Positions 1-9,923 of a stretch of 64,000 nt of DNA are shown piece after piece. A program made the translations under genes and the position numbers. The stretch is from assembly GCA_964291295.2 (NCBI GenBank), contig OZ219754.1:960001-1024000 (forward strand), in the 5' to 3' direction. The DNA is from an uncultured Candidatus Binatia bacterium. Lineage in GTDB: Bacteria > Desulfobacterota > Binatia > UBA9968 > JAJDTQ01. The notes under the pieces were generated by a model. That model did no database searches. It was not told the origin of the DNA and saw nothing but the letters and a program-made list of their open reading frames with translations. How positions within the stretch are numbered: position 1 is the first letter of the stretch; every line of letters begins with the position of its first letter.

Positions 1-141
1 ATTCCCAATCTCATGAACAAGGGGAGTTTCCACGAACTCGCCAATCATGTTCCCGAAGACGAGATCGATCCCGAAATCGGGAAGAAGCTGGACGCCATCG
101 CCGTCGTGGCGGAAAGCGCCACACCTGCGGACCCGGGATAG
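1..141 (+). CDS. 3' end of an unidentified CDS entering from the left edge
   Basis: Open frame 1 (IPNLMNKGSFHELANHVPEDEIDPEIGKKLDAIAVVAESATPADPG) ending TAG at 139-141; too short to identify. Confidence 0.5.
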   Translation: MPNLMNKGSFHELANHVPEDEIDPEIGKKLDAIAVVAESATPADPG

Positions 142-460
142 CTGCTCACAGGCGTGACCGGCCGCTCATGACCGCACACAGCCGCGCCGCACACGGCCGC
201 GCCCAAGGATTCATAACCGCTTCAGCCCTTGCGCGCGCCGCGCGATCATGTTCCTGAAGACGAGATCGATCCCGAAATCGTGAGAAGGTGGACGCCATCG
301 CAAGCGCGGCGGATAGTGCCATCCTGCGGACACCTGCGGACCAGGAATAGCCGATGACAGCCGCGCCCGGTCGCTCATCACCATCCACAGCCGCCCCACA
401 ACAACTCTACAGCCACTCCAAAGCCACTCATAATCGCTCCAGCCCTTGCGCGTGCTGCGC
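44..460 (+). repeat. Degenerate ~200-bp tandem duplication of the upstream gene's 3' end and trailer
   Basis: ATCATGTTCCCGAAGACGAGATCGATCCCGAAATCG at 44 recurs as ATCATGTTCCTGAAGACGAGATCGATCCCGAAATCG at 245; similarity with indels continues to CAGCCCTTGCGCG in both copies. Confidence 0.85.
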
Positions 461-682
461 CGTCACCACCGCCGTTGGAGCAGATCGTGAACCGCGTCAC
501 GATGTCACTATTTCGTAGTGTCACCGCGCCCCTGCGTCACCGCGTCCGAGGCCAATGGGGCCGTCCTCGAAAGGCTTTCGGGCCTCGGCCGGGCCATCGC
601 ATACGGCCCGAAGGCGAGCTGTCGCGCGCCTCCGGCAACCCTCCTTCGCCTCCGGCGAGCGGTCCCTGGACTCCGGCAGCCG

Positions 683-3600
683 TTACTCGACCCCGGTCAT
701 GGTGGCCGGTTGCACGCGGCTCAGTACGTTGCCGAGGGGACCGATCTCGGCGGGGGCGCCGTTCAGGTAGGCGATGAACTGGTTCGAGTGAACCGGGACG
801 CGGGGTCCCGGGGTGAGGACGCCGACCAGGTTCAGGGGATCGGTGCAGGACACCAGCACCGGCTCGGTGTCGGGTGCCATGCGCCGCACATCGCGCACCG
901 CCTCGACGGCTTCGGGAAGGGCGTACTGCTCGCCCACGAACCCGTTCACGAAGCGGCCGCCGCGGATCTCTCCGCGCGCCTCCATGCGGCGCCAGGCTTG
1001 GAGCAGCAGGCGCCAGGGCGGACAGCGGCTCTCCCGCGCGAGCAGTTCCCGGAACACCACGCCGTAGCGTTGCAGCAACTGGCGCGCCAGCGTCTCGGTG
1101 CCGGTCTCCGCGCCGCCGCCGCTCCGCCACAGGGACCAGCGCCCCACGGGCATGGCCCGCTCCGCCGACCCTTTCCGCGCCCGGGGCCGCGTTGCTTCGC
1201 CGGGCCGCGGGACTCTCCTCCGGAGTTCCGGAGTGAGCAGCATGCGCAGTCCCGCGATGCCGTCTCCGGTAACCTGTCCGCGCGTGACCAGTTCCCACAG
1301 CGCCCGTTCGGTGCGGACCATGACGTGACCGGTTCCCCGGGCGATGTCGGCGAGAAAGGAGGCGCCGTGTGCCTCCAGATAGGCGGCGACATCCTGCGCC
1401 GCGGCCGACAGACCCTGGAGTCCGCGCCAGTCCGGCCCGGCCGGATCCAGGAAGTGCGGCAGCTCCTCGCGGATCACGAAGGCCAGCGGCGCCGACCGGG
1501 TGGGCGCGGTCCGGCGCGCCTTTCCCGGCGCCGATCGGAGGGGCAGCGGCGCGGCGTCCCGCTGCCGCGCCGCCTCCGTTTCATCGTCAGCGGCACCGGT
1601 GTCCCGTCGCAGCCGTCCCCACGTCACCACGCCGGCGAGGCAGAGGTGCTCCAGGTCGGCGGGGTCATAGGCAGCGATGCGGGCCGGCAGCAGGTGTTGC
1701 TCCCATGCCGGGGCGGGCAGCTCCATGCCCTGAAGCTGACGGATGACCTGGTGTACGCCGTCGCGGCCGTGGAGTTGCGAGCCCGGCTGGACATGTTGCC
1801 ATCGCAACAGGAAACGGAGGAAGTCCGCGGCCGACACCGGATGGATCTCGCGCCGCAGCCGGCCCAGGGTGAGGCGGTGTATGCGCGACAGCAGGCGCCG
1901 CTCGCACCATTCCGGAGGTCCGTCGGACGCGGTTCGGGGGGAGAAGCGTCCTTGCAGTACCGCCCCCGAGACCTCCAGCGCGCGCAAGCCTCGGTCCACC
2001 GACTCGGCGGCAAGGCCGATGCGCGCGGCGAGCCCGGCGGCGGTCACCGGACCGGTGATTTCCATCCAGCCCTGCACGGTGCGGCGCAGGGCATCCTCGG
2101 CCAGGGCCGCCGAGGCGGGGGCGTCGCCGCCAGCGCCCTGATCGCCAGCGCCCGGTTCGATCACCACCGGCTCCATTCGGAACGCCCCCAGCATGGCCCG
2201 GGCTTCCGACAGACGCTCCGCAGCCACGTAGAAGGGAGCGCCGCCGACCCCGGCCATGGCGGCCTCTTCCCCGCTGTCCTGCGCCGCCCCGGCTCGGGCC
2301 CCTTCCCCGCCGGCCTGCGTCCCGCCGGCCCCGGTCCCTTCCCCGGCAGCCTGTGCCCCGCTGGTTCCGGCTTCTCCCCTTCCAGCTCCTTCCCGGCCGG
2401 CCCGCACCCTGTCGGCTCCGGCCTCTTCCCCACCGGCGTGCGCCCCGCCGGCCCCGGTCCTTTGCCCGCTGGCGTGCGTCCCGCCGGCCCCGGCCCCTTC
2501 CCCGGCAGCCTGTGCCCCGCTGGTTCCGGCTTCTCCCCTTCCGGCTCCTTCCCGGCCGGCCTGCACCCTGTCGGCTTCGGCCTCTTCCCCACCGGCGTGC
2601 GCCCCGCCGGCCCCGGTCCTTTGCCCGCTGGCGTGTGTCCCGCCGGCCCCGGCCCCTTCCCCGGCAGCCTGTGCCCCGCTGGTTCCGGCTTCTCCCCTTC
2701 CGGCTCCTTCCCGGCCGGCCTGCACCCTGTCGGCTCCGGCCTCTTCCCCACCGGCGTGCGCCCCGCCGGCCCCGGTCCTTTGCCCGCTGGCGTGTGTCCC
2801 GCCGGCTCCGGCCTCTTCCCCGCTGGCGTGCGCCCCGCCGGCCCCGGCTCCTTCCCCGGCAGCCTGTGCCCCGCCGGTTCCGGCTTCTCCGCTTCCGGCT
2901 CCTTCCCGGCCGGCGTGCACCCTGTCGGCTCCGGCCTCTTCCCCGCCGGCCTGCGGCTCGCTGGCTCCGGCCCCTTCCCCGCCAGTCTGTTCCCCGCCAG
3001 GCCAAGCCACGGTGGCCCTTTTCGCCGCCATGAGTTCCCCGGCAAGGTGTTGCCACGGCGCGGCTTCCCGCACGGGCAGCAGCCGCACCGTCAGCAACAG
3101 GTCGTGAAGCTCGTCCGCGTCGCGAATATCCGGCCAGGCCTGGGCCTTGACTTCGGCCAGCGCCTCCGGACTCAGGGCGCCGATGCCCTGGGCCAGATCG
3201 GGGTCGGTCCGCCTCAGCGCCACCGCCCGGGCTCGGCGTTCCTCCAGCGGGGCATCGTCCAGGAATGCGTAGGGGTTGGCGTTGAGGATCTCGTGGGCCA
3301 TGGGCGAGGGCGCCGGCGTTTCCACCGTCACGGTGGCGATCTCGCCTTGCGCGAGTCGTGCCAGCGTCTCCTTGAGGCCGTCCACGTCCATGGCCTCCCG
3401 CAGGCAGTTCTCCATGGTCTCCCGGGTCAGCGGATGGTCCGGCAGCTCCACTGGCCCGCTGCGGTTGTCCTGGCACATCACCTGTTCGGGGAAGACCGCG
3501 CCCAGCAGATCCTCGGCGCGCATGCGCTGGATCTGCATGGGCACCTTCCTGCCCCGGCTGAACCGTTCCAGCGCCAGCGCGCGGCTCGCGTTCCAGCGCC

Positions 3601-5845
3601 AGCGGTTGGTGAACATGGGCGCCGCCAGGGAGGCCTGGGTGAGGTCGCGTTCCAGCGTGGCCGGGTGGAGGTAGGAGAAGACGGTGTCCAGGGGAAAGGA
3701 GTGGCGGTCGGTCAACGAGATCACGATGCCGTCGTCGGTGGCCGCGGCCTGGAGCTCGAAATCGAAATTGACGCAGAACCGCTTGCGCAGGGCCAAGCCC
3801 CAGGCGCGGTTGATGCGGCCGCCGAAGGGTGTGTGCAGCACAAGCTGCATGCCGCCGGATTCGTCGAAGAAGCGCTCGGCGACGACGCGGTCCACGGTGG
3901 GCACGCAGCGGAGGGCCGCCCGAGTCTCGTTCACGTAGGCGACGATCTGTCCGGCGCCCTCCGGCCCCACTCCGGCCTCGCTCCGAAGCCACTCCTCGGG
4001 AGCCTCTCCGCCGGCGGCGCGCCGTGCGACGTTCTCCCTGACATCGGACACCGCGCGCGACAGCTCCAGCGTGCGCCCGGGCGATTCTCCCAGCCAGAAC
4101 GGGATGGTGGGCGGTGCGCCGTGAGCGTCCTGCACCCACACCTTGCCGGCGGCCACCCGCTGGATGCGCCACGAGGTGTTGCCGAGCAGGAAGATGTCGC
4201 CGGCCAGGCTTTCGATGGCGAAGTCCTCGTGGACCTTGCCCACGAAGGTCTCGGTGGGCGATTCGACGACATCGTAGTCGGCGGTGTCGGGAATGGCGCC
4301 GCCGTTGGTGATGGCGACGAGACGGGCGCCGCGCCGCGCCCGCAGCATGCCGTTCACCCGGTCGCGGTGGAGATGGGCGCCGCGCCGGCCCCGCGCCGAC
4401 GCCACGCCCTCGCACAGCATCTCCAGCACCTGATCGAAATCGCGGCGCGAGAGATTCCGGAAAGGGTAGGCTCCGCGCATCAGCTCCCGGAGGTCATCCT
4501 CGGCGATGCCCGGCGGCGGCGCCGTCGTGCCCGCAGGCAGGAGCGGCAGGGTCTCGCCGGGCTTGCGGGCGGGCGTGAGGCTGGCCACGGTGGCCACCAT
4601 CTGCTGGGCCAGCACGTCCAGGGGCTGCCGCACCAGACGGACGCGGTCGAGTTCGCCCTGGCGCACGGCATGGACCGCGGCCGCGCACTGGAGCAGGTCG
4701 TCCCGGGTCAGCGGATAGAGGATGCCCTTCGGCACGGCCCCCAGCCAGTGGCCCGAACGCCCCACCCGCTGCAGCAGGGTGGCGATGGAGCGCGGCGCGC
4801 CGATGTGGCAGACCAGCTCCACGTGGCCGATGTCGATGCCCAGTTCCAGCGATGCGGTGGCCACCACCACCGGCACCTCCGCGGCCTTGAGCTTCTGCTC
4901 GGCTTCGAGCCGGGTCGTGCGCGAGAGGCTGCCGTGATGGGCCAGCACCTTGCCCTCGCCGAGCCGGTCGGTGAGCTGGTGCGCCACCCGCTCCACCAGC
5001 CGGCGGGTGTGTACGAACACGAGGGTGGTGCGGTGGGTCCGGATCTGCCGCACGATGCGGTCGTAGACATCGGCCCAGAGCGCGTGGGTGGTGATGGCTC
5101 CCAGCTCCTGGTCGGGAACCTCGATGGCCAGTTCCAGTTCCCGCTTGTGCCCCACGTCCACGATGGCGCACCGGGGCGCGCCGTCGCGCCGGAGCCGCCG
5201 GGTTCCCACCAGCAGGCATGCGATGTCCTGCATGGGCTTCTGGGTGGCGCTCAGCCCGATGCGTTGCAACCGCCTGCCCGCCAGGGAGTCCAGACGTTCC
5301 AGCGAGAGCGCCAGATGGGCGCCGCGCTTGTCGCCGGCCACCGCGTGAATCTCGTCCACGATGACCGTTTGCGCCCGCTTCAGCATCTGCCGGCTGCGCT
5401 CGGCGGTGAGGAGGATGTAGAGGGACTCCGGCGTGGTGATCAGGATGTGGGGCGGTCGCGAGATCATGCGCTGCCGTTCCGCCGCGGCCGTGTCGCCGGA
5501 GCGCACGGCGGTGCGGATGTCATGGAGCGGCAGCCCCTGACGCCGACCCGCCCGGGTGATCTCCGCCAGCGGCTCCTGGAGGTTCTTCTGGATGTCGTTG
5601 CCCAGGGCCTTCAGCGGCGAGACGTAGACAACGTGGGTGTGGTCCTGCGACGGCTCGGCCAAGGCGATGAGCCGGTTGATGGACCAAAGAAAGGCGGCCA
5701 GGGTCTTGCCCGACCCGGTAGGGGCGGCGATGAGCGTGTCCCGCCCCCGGGCAATCTCCTTCCAGCCCGCCGCCTGCGGCGGGGTCGGCGCGCCGAAGCG
5801 TTGCCGGAACCAGTCGCGTACCAGAGGATGAAATCGATCGATCAC
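683..5845 (-). CDS. lhr: Lhr family DEAD/DEAH helicase with extended C-terminal winged-helix region
   Basis: APTGSGKT, TTPESL, DEIH, SAT, HHGSLS, LELGIDIG, QRVGRSGH motifs; Lhr-type C-terminus (LLQRYGVVFRE...RGGRFVNGFVGEQYA). Start uncertain: GTG 5845 (IDRFHPLVRDWF) chosen; ORF is open to 5977. Confidence 0.9.
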   Translation of the reverse strand: MIDRFHPLVRDWFRQRFGAPTPPQAAGWKEIARGRDTLIAAPTGSGKTLAAFLWSINRLIALAEPSQDHTHVVYVSPLKALGNDIQKNLQEPLAEITRAGRRQGLPLHDIRTAVRSGDTAAAERQRMISRPPHILITTPESLYILLTAERSRQMLKRAQTVIVDEIHAVAGDKRGAHLALSLERLDSLAGRRLQRIGLSATQKPMQDIACLLVGTRRLRRDGAPRCAIVDVGHKRELELAIEVPDQELGAITTHALWADVYDRIVRQIRTHRTTLVFVHTRRLVERVAHQLTDRLGEGKVLAHHGSLSRTTRLEAEQKLKAAEVPVVVATASLELGIDIGHVELVCHIGAPRSIATLLQRVGRSGHWLGAVPKGILYPLTRDDLLQCAAAVHAVRQGELDRVRLVRQPLDVLAQQMVATVASLTPARKPGETLPLLPAGTTAPPPGIAEDDLRELMRGAYPFRNLSRRDFDQVLEMLCEGVASARGRRGAHLHRDRVNGMLRARRGARLVAITNGGAIPDTADYDVVESPTETFVGKVHEDFAIESLAGDIFLLGNTSWRIQRVAAGKVWVQDAHGAPPTIPFWLGESPGRTLELSRAVSDVRENVARRAAGGEAPEEWLRSEAGVGPEGAGQIVAYVNETRAALRCVPTVDRVVAERFFDESGGMQLVLHTPFGGRINRAWGLALRKRFCVNFDFELQAAATDDGIVISLTDRHSFPLDTVFSYLHPATLERDLTQASLAAPMFTNRWRWNASRALALERFSRGRKVPMQIQRMRAEDLLGAVFPEQVMCQDNRSGPVELPDHPLTRETMENCLREAMDVDGLKETLARLAQGEIATVTVETPAPSPMAHEILNANPYAFLDDAPLEERRARAVALRRTDPDLAQGIGALSPEALAEVKAQAWPDIRDADELHDLLLTVRLLPVREAAPWQHLAGELMAAKRATVAWPGGEQTGGEGAGASEPQAGGEEAGADRVHAGREGAGSGEAGTGGAQAAGEGAGAGGAHASGEEAGAGGTHASGQRTGAGGAHAGGEEAGADRVQAGREGAGRGEAGTSGAQAAGEGAGAGGTHASGQRTGAGGAHAGGEEAEADRVQAGREGAGRGEAGTSGAQAAGEGAGAGGTHASGQRTGAGGAHAGGEEAGADRVRAGREGAGRGEAGTSGAQAAGEGTGAGGTQAGGEGARAGAAQDSGEEAAMAGVGGAPFYVAAERLSEARAMLGAFRMEPVVIEPGAGDQGAGGDAPASAALAEDALRRTVQGWMEITGPVTAAGLAARIGLAAESVDRGLRALEVSGAVLQGRFSPRTASDGPPEWCERRLLSRIHRLTLGRLRREIHPVSAADFLRFLLRWQHVQPGSQLHGRDGVHQVIRQLQGMELPAPAWEQHLLPARIAAYDPADLEHLCLAGVVTWGRLRRDTGAADDETEAARQRDAAPLPLRSAPGKARRTAPTRSAPLAFVIREELPHFLDPAGPDWRGLQGLSAAAQDVAAYLEAHGASFLADIARGTGHVMVRTERALWELVTRGQVTGDGIAGLRMLLTPELRRRVPRPGEATRPRARKGSAERAMPVGRWSLWRSGGGAETGTETLARQLLQRYGVVFRELLARESRCPPWRLLLQAWRRMEARGEIRGGRFVNGFVGEQYALPEAVEAVRDVRRMAPDTEPVLVSCTDPLNLVGVLTPGPRVPVHSNQFIAYLNGAPAEIGPLGNVLSRVQPATMTGVE
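2270..2990 (-). repeat. In-frame nested tandem repeat within lhr (159-bp unit built from 36-bp and 51-bp subunits)
   Basis: CTGTGCCCCGC recurs at 2351, 2510, 2669 (period 159) and 2864 (159+36); encodes Gly/Ala/Glu-rich 53-aa units. Confidence 0.95.
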
Positions 5846-6229
5846 GGTGCCGGAGTCCGGGTCGTGTACCCGCATCCGATGACGGCGGCTGTGGCGGGGC
5901 GACGCGACGGCAGCGGCGACCCGGTGCCCGCGTGTCTTCGGCTCGCCGTCGCCGGGGCCGCATGGGAACCTGTGCATCTTAGCACGGTTGCCCGGCGGAG
6001 AGGACAGGGAGTCTTGTCCAATATCCTGTAGCGCTTATCCCGCAGCGCCTCGCCCCCTTGGTGAACGTCTTCGTCCGCGAGCATCTTCACCGCAGAACAA
6101 GCCTTGCATATTTGCCTCGCTGCTGGATTTCCGCTATCGTCGCTTGTCGGTATGCAAGGGTCCATGCCGGCTCGGCGGCGGATCAGGCAGGCCGCCGTCA
6201 AGGTTTCAGATCCCATTGGAGGACACACG

Positions 6230-6442
6230 ATGACGACCAATGAGAACTCGCTTGATTTTCACACCGCGCAACTCCGAACACGTCCTGATGAAGCCGAAGT
6301 CTTTCGGCTTCTTCAAGAGGCCGCACGACAGTACGAAGAATGCGTGCGCCTGGCGGACTTGGCGAATATTTCCGACATGAGCGAAGCAAGCCAACCCAGA
6401 TACGCCTGGGACAATCCGATAGGGCTTGTGATATTTCGGTAG
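6230..6442 (+). CDS. Small hypothetical protein (70 aa)
   Basis: ATG preceded by GGAGGA; ends 24 bp before the protease gene on the same strand. Confidence 0.6.
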   Translation: MTTNENSLDFHTAQLRTRPDEAEVFRLLQEAARQYEECVRLADLANISDMSEASQPRYAWDNPIGLVIFR

Positions 6443-6466
6443 GACTCGTGATATCGGGGTGGAAAT

Positions 6467-7411
6467 ATGCCGAGTTGGTCTGATCTTCAGGATGCTTTGA
6501 ATCATATCGATTCCGATAAGCGAGGCGACTACATCGCCTCAGAATCACTGAAACAGGCGAGGACGATTGCGCAACGCTACGACCGAAACGTCCTGTACTA
6601 CGCCTCCAGCTTCTTGCAGAAACCCCAGATGCCGGGACTCTTCACGTCGATCAATATGGAGGATATCAATGGCTTCATGGCCGGGCTTCATGGTCATGAC
6701 TTCGGGAAGGGTCTGCTCCTGATTCTGCATACTCCCGGTGGTTTGGCAGAGGCTGCACAGACTATCGTCGGCTATCTTCGGAGCAAGTATGCTGCCATCG
6801 ACGTGGTGGTCCCCACATACGCAATGTCCGCAGGCACAATGATCGCGTTGGCGTGTGACCGAATTGTCATGGGTCGTCAGAGCCAGTTGGGGCCAACGGA
6901 CCCTCAGCTCATCGTCGGCAATCGGCCCTTTTCGGCACATTCGATCGTGGAGCAATTTGAAGAAGCAAAGGCGGAAATCTCCAGTAGTCCTGTTTTGGCC
7001 CATGCTTGGGCACCTGTATTGCGAGCGTTTGGACCCGCGCTGCTTCAAGAAGCTCGCAAATCAATTTCGTATGGGCAAGCCCTTGTGCGGAACTGGTTGG
7101 AGAAGTACATGTTCTCAGATCGGTCTGATCCGGCGGCGCTTGCGCACGAGGTTGCCGAATATTTTGGGGGCAGCCAATCTGGCAGCCACGGCAGACGGAT
7201 CAGTCGCGACGAGGCGAGGCGACACCACCTTGAAGTGATCGACCTCGAAAAGGACCAGGGTCTACAGGAAGAAATTCTGACCCTCTATCACTTGTCCACC
7301 ATCGCGTTTGAAATGGGGCCAGCAGCGAAATCGGTAATGAGCAGCAACGGTCGGTTATGGGTCAAGAACATGCAGATGGAGGTTGTCGTCCCGCCGTCTC
7401 CACAGGGGTGA
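6467..7411 (+). CDS. SDH family ClpP-fold serine protease (S49/SDH_sah-like)
   Basis: LILHTPGG, AMSAGTMIAL (catalytic Ser), LGPTDPQ, SHGR motifs. Confidence 0.85.
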   Translation: MPSWSDLQDALNHIDSDKRGDYIASESLKQARTIAQRYDRNVLYYASSFLQKPQMPGLFTSINMEDINGFMAGLHGHDFGKGLLLILHTPGGLAEAAQTIVGYLRSKYAAIDVVVPTYAMSAGTMIALACDRIVMGRQSQLGPTDPQLIVGNRPFSAHSIVEQFEEAKAEISSSPVLAHAWAPVLRAFGPALLQEARKSISYGQALVRNWLEKYMFSDRSDPAALAHEVAEYFGGSQSGSHGRRISRDEARRHHLEVIDLEKDQGLQEEILTLYHLSTIAFEMGPAAKSVMSSNGRLWVKNMQMEVVVPPSPQG

Positions 7412-7609
7412 TAGGCCAGCCGTACTCGTTGATCTTTCTTCAATCTCCGCACTCGACCTTCGCGGCGGTCGTCACCGCATCGAAATCGGCCGATTCCAAC
7501 CCTACGTCCATCGCTGTCTCTCGGGTTCGCACGGCGCTACCCGTGATACCGGTATTCCTCGTCCGTCTTGTCGGCCTCATCCGTGCGTCCCTGCATGATC
7601 GGCCCAGGT

Positions 7610-7685
7610 CATGACAGGTCGGCGCCAGCGCATTCACGAACCGAAGTTCCGCCGTCACAACGCTCGCGCCGCCCACGAGCCGCAT
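7610..7685 (-). pseudogene. Internally deleted PIN/VapC (FitB-like) toxin remnant
   Basis: TGATG coupling to the antitoxin; MRLVGGASV (degenerate PIN N-terminal xxVVDASV) joined directly to VTAELRFVNALAPT (PIN C-terminal VTAD-like segment). Confidence 0.6.
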
Positions 7686-7942
7686 CAGAGTTCACGATGG
7701 CCGTGGTCGCGGTCCTTGCGGATCAGCATTTCCGCTTGGGTATGCGAACGCCCCTCGGTCTTCCGCCGCAGGCGGTCCACCATGGCGAAGAACGAAGCAC
7801 GCTTTGCCGCCATGTCGTCCTCGGCGGCGTTTTGCAGAATGTGGCGGACCTCGCCTTCCAGAGAGCGGTGGTTTCGCGCGGCACGCCGCTTGAGGCGTTC
7901 CAGCACGTCATCGTCGAGTTGCCGCACCTTGATTGTCGCCAT
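7685..7942 (-). CDS. FitA/StbC-like ribbon-helix-helix antitoxin
   Basis: MATIKVRQLDDDVLERLKRRAARNHRSLEGEVRHIL is a typical RHH/plasmid-stability N-terminus; AGGAG RBS. Confidence 0.85.
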   Translation of the reverse strand: MATIKVRQLDDDVLERLKRRAARNHRSLEGEVRHILQNAAEDDMAAKRASFFAMVDRLRRKTEGRSHTQAEMLIRKDRDHGHREL

Positions 7943-8053
7943 GGTCGAGGCTCCTGCTGGTTGGTACGCCGTTTATAGCAAATTGATATTATATTATATC
8001 GTCGTCAAATCGCCATCTTGCCGTGCACGGGCATGCAAATGCCGTTCGGGCCA

Positions 8054-8977
8054 TCAGCGGAGGGCGTCGGCGTAGTAGGAAACGTCCAGATATTTTTCCG
8101 GTGGGGGTGGGGGCGAGGCGATGAAGCCCATGTCGGCCCTGAGGTCGAGCGCCGCGGCGACGCCCGGAACGTTCAGCGCGGCCTTGGGGTAGAGCCCGTG
8201 CCGGGGGTCCAGCAGCGCGTCCAGCGTCTCCTCGGCTGCGGCGCCGGCAAGGCCGTTGTGCCGCTCCAGGATATCGAGACAGCCTTGCCGGTTCTCCGGT
8301 GCGAAGCACCACTCGGTGGCGGCCACATAGCAGCGGATGTAGTCCGTCAGGCGGGTCCGGTTCGCTTTCGCCCACCACCGCCGGGCCAGCCCCACCGTCG
8401 CCTGATAGACGGGCACCATCTCCTCGCCGCGGGCGATGACGTGGCAGCCCCTTTCCAGGGCGGCGCCGACAAAGGGCGCTGTCAGCAGGGTGGCGCAGAG
8501 TCTCCCTTCGATCAGGGTCCGGTAACGACTCTCCCAGCCCCCCACCTCCACCAGTTGGTATTCGTCCGGGCCGAAGCCATGATCGCGCAAGGCTTTCTCC
8601 AGGATGAAGACGAAGCCGCTGTCGCGTGCGTCCACCGCCAGCGGCTTGCCCCGCAACGACTCCATGGTGGCGCACCCGGGCGCGCCGACCAGGCTCAACA
8701 GCCCGCTGTGGAGCCCCATGAACGCGAACAGGTCCGAGCCGGGCTTGTTCTCCACGTCACAGACCACATCGTCCGCGGCGGCGTGGCCGACATGGCAGCG
8801 GCCGGTGCGCACCGCCTCCACGAGATACCCCGAGCCCGGCGTGTACTCGACCTCCACGGCAAGCCCGCGGCTGGCGAAGATGCCGTTCTCCACCGCCGCG
8901 TGCACCGGCAGATTGTAGGCGGCACGGAACTGGATCAGTCGGAGGGGAGTCGGTCGGGAAGAGGTCGATGGGGTCAT
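8054..8977 (-). CDS. ABC transporter substrate-binding protein, NMT1/SsuA/THI5-like
   Basis: LPVHAAVENGIFASRGLAVEVE, LRGKPLAVDARDSGF, LVEVGG pattern; no permease or ATPase gene adjacent. Confidence 0.8.
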   Translation of the reverse strand: MTPSTSSRPTPLRLIQFRAAYNLPVHAAVENGIFASRGLAVEVEYTPGSGYLVEAVRTGRCHVGHAAADDVVCDVENKPGSDLFAFMGLHSGLLSLVGAPGCATMESLRGKPLAVDARDSGFVFILEKALRDHGFGPDEYQLVEVGGWESRYRTLIEGRLCATLLTAPFVGAALERGCHVIARGEEMVPVYQATVGLARRWWAKANRTRLTDYIRCYVAATEWCFAPENRQGCLDILERHNGLAGAAAEETLDALLDPRHGLYPKAALNVPGVAAALDLRADMGFIASPPPPPEKYLDVSYYADALR

Positions 8978-9377
8978 GGTTACCACCTGAGGGTTGGGCG
9001 CGTGGCGGCGGTGCCGGGACAGGCAGCACAGGAGCCGATGCTGGCCATGATTTGGCGGAGGGAGCCCGTTCGTTGCCGACCTCGACGAGCACTACCGTGG
9101 GCCGGGGCCGGCCAGAGTAAGCGGATGAAGACTGCCGACAACATGAAACGGAAACCGCTCGGCATGGAATTCAGAGAGGAGGACAAGAGAACCAGCACAG
9201 CCATTGTGGACCAGTTGTTAGCCTCCGGGTGCCGTCCAGTTCAAGTGTGGCATGCCGCTCGCCTGCTTGCATGGTTGCCCTCCCTTGGTTCCGTGACAAG
9301 GAGTCGGTCGGAGCACATGACTTTATCCTTCATGTTTTGTCTAATTCCATAATCTCGTACAAAGGGAGGACCAATCA

Positions 9378-9923
9378 ATGCCCGACATCGCCATCGAAAA
9401 ATCCACCTTCGAGCGCCTTCAGCGTCATGCAAGGCCACTTGTGGATACGACGGACACTGTCATCAACCGGGCTCTGGACGCGCTGGAGCTTCGGGACGGG
9501 CATACCAAACCGGAAGAGAACGCGGCGGTCGTGGATCGTTCGGTCGATCCGCGAAAATTGCCGGATCTGACCCATACGAAGATTCGGGACGCATTGCTCG
9601 CAGGACAACGCGTCGTCAGACCAAACTGGAATCTGCTGCTCGAGAAGGCATTGGTCCTTGCGATGAAGCAGGTTGAAAACATGGACAGGCTCATGCATCT
9701 CTGCCCGGCAAACATGGTGCGAGGCCGCAAGGAGGATGAGGGATACCGCTACGTCGCCGAAGTTGACGTTTCATTCCAGCTCATGTCCGCGAACCGTGTG
9801 TGTGAAGCGCTGGTGGCCGTTGCCGGGAGCCTTGGAATCGGACTCGAGATCACGTTCATGTGGCCCTGCAAAGAGGGGGCAGAGTATCCGGGCGAGACGG
9901 CACGGTTGGTACTGCCCGGCTGA
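9378..9923 (+). CDS. Hypothetical protein with SeqA-N/RHH-like N-terminus
   Basis: Strong GGGAGGA RBS; IAIEKSTFERLQRHARPLVDTTDTVINRALD; lies just upstream of hsdM. Confidence 0.65.
   Translation: MPDIAIEKSTFERLQRHARPLVDTTDTVINRALDALELRDGHTKPEENAAVVDRSVDPRKLPDLTHTKIRDALLAGQRVVRPNWNLLLEKALVLAMKQVENMDRLMHLCPANMVRGRKEDEGYRYVAEVDVSFQLMSANRVCEALVAVAGSLGIGLEITFMWPCKEGAEYPGETARLVLPG

Noticed and set aside
2270-2990. Intein or mobile insertion in lhr
   Set aside because: No C/S...HN splice motifs or endonuclease; purely low-complexity repeat
518-6031. 1837-aa plus-strand ORF and other long antisense ORFs (e.g. 23522-27049, 36991-39471, 41704-44394, 53801-57055)
   Set aside because: Shadow frames opposite well-supported genes in high-GC DNA; no motifs
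6020-6095. Possible DUF5615 PIN 5' remnant on the minus strand (VKMLADEDVH..EALR)
   Set aside because: Too short and degenerate to support
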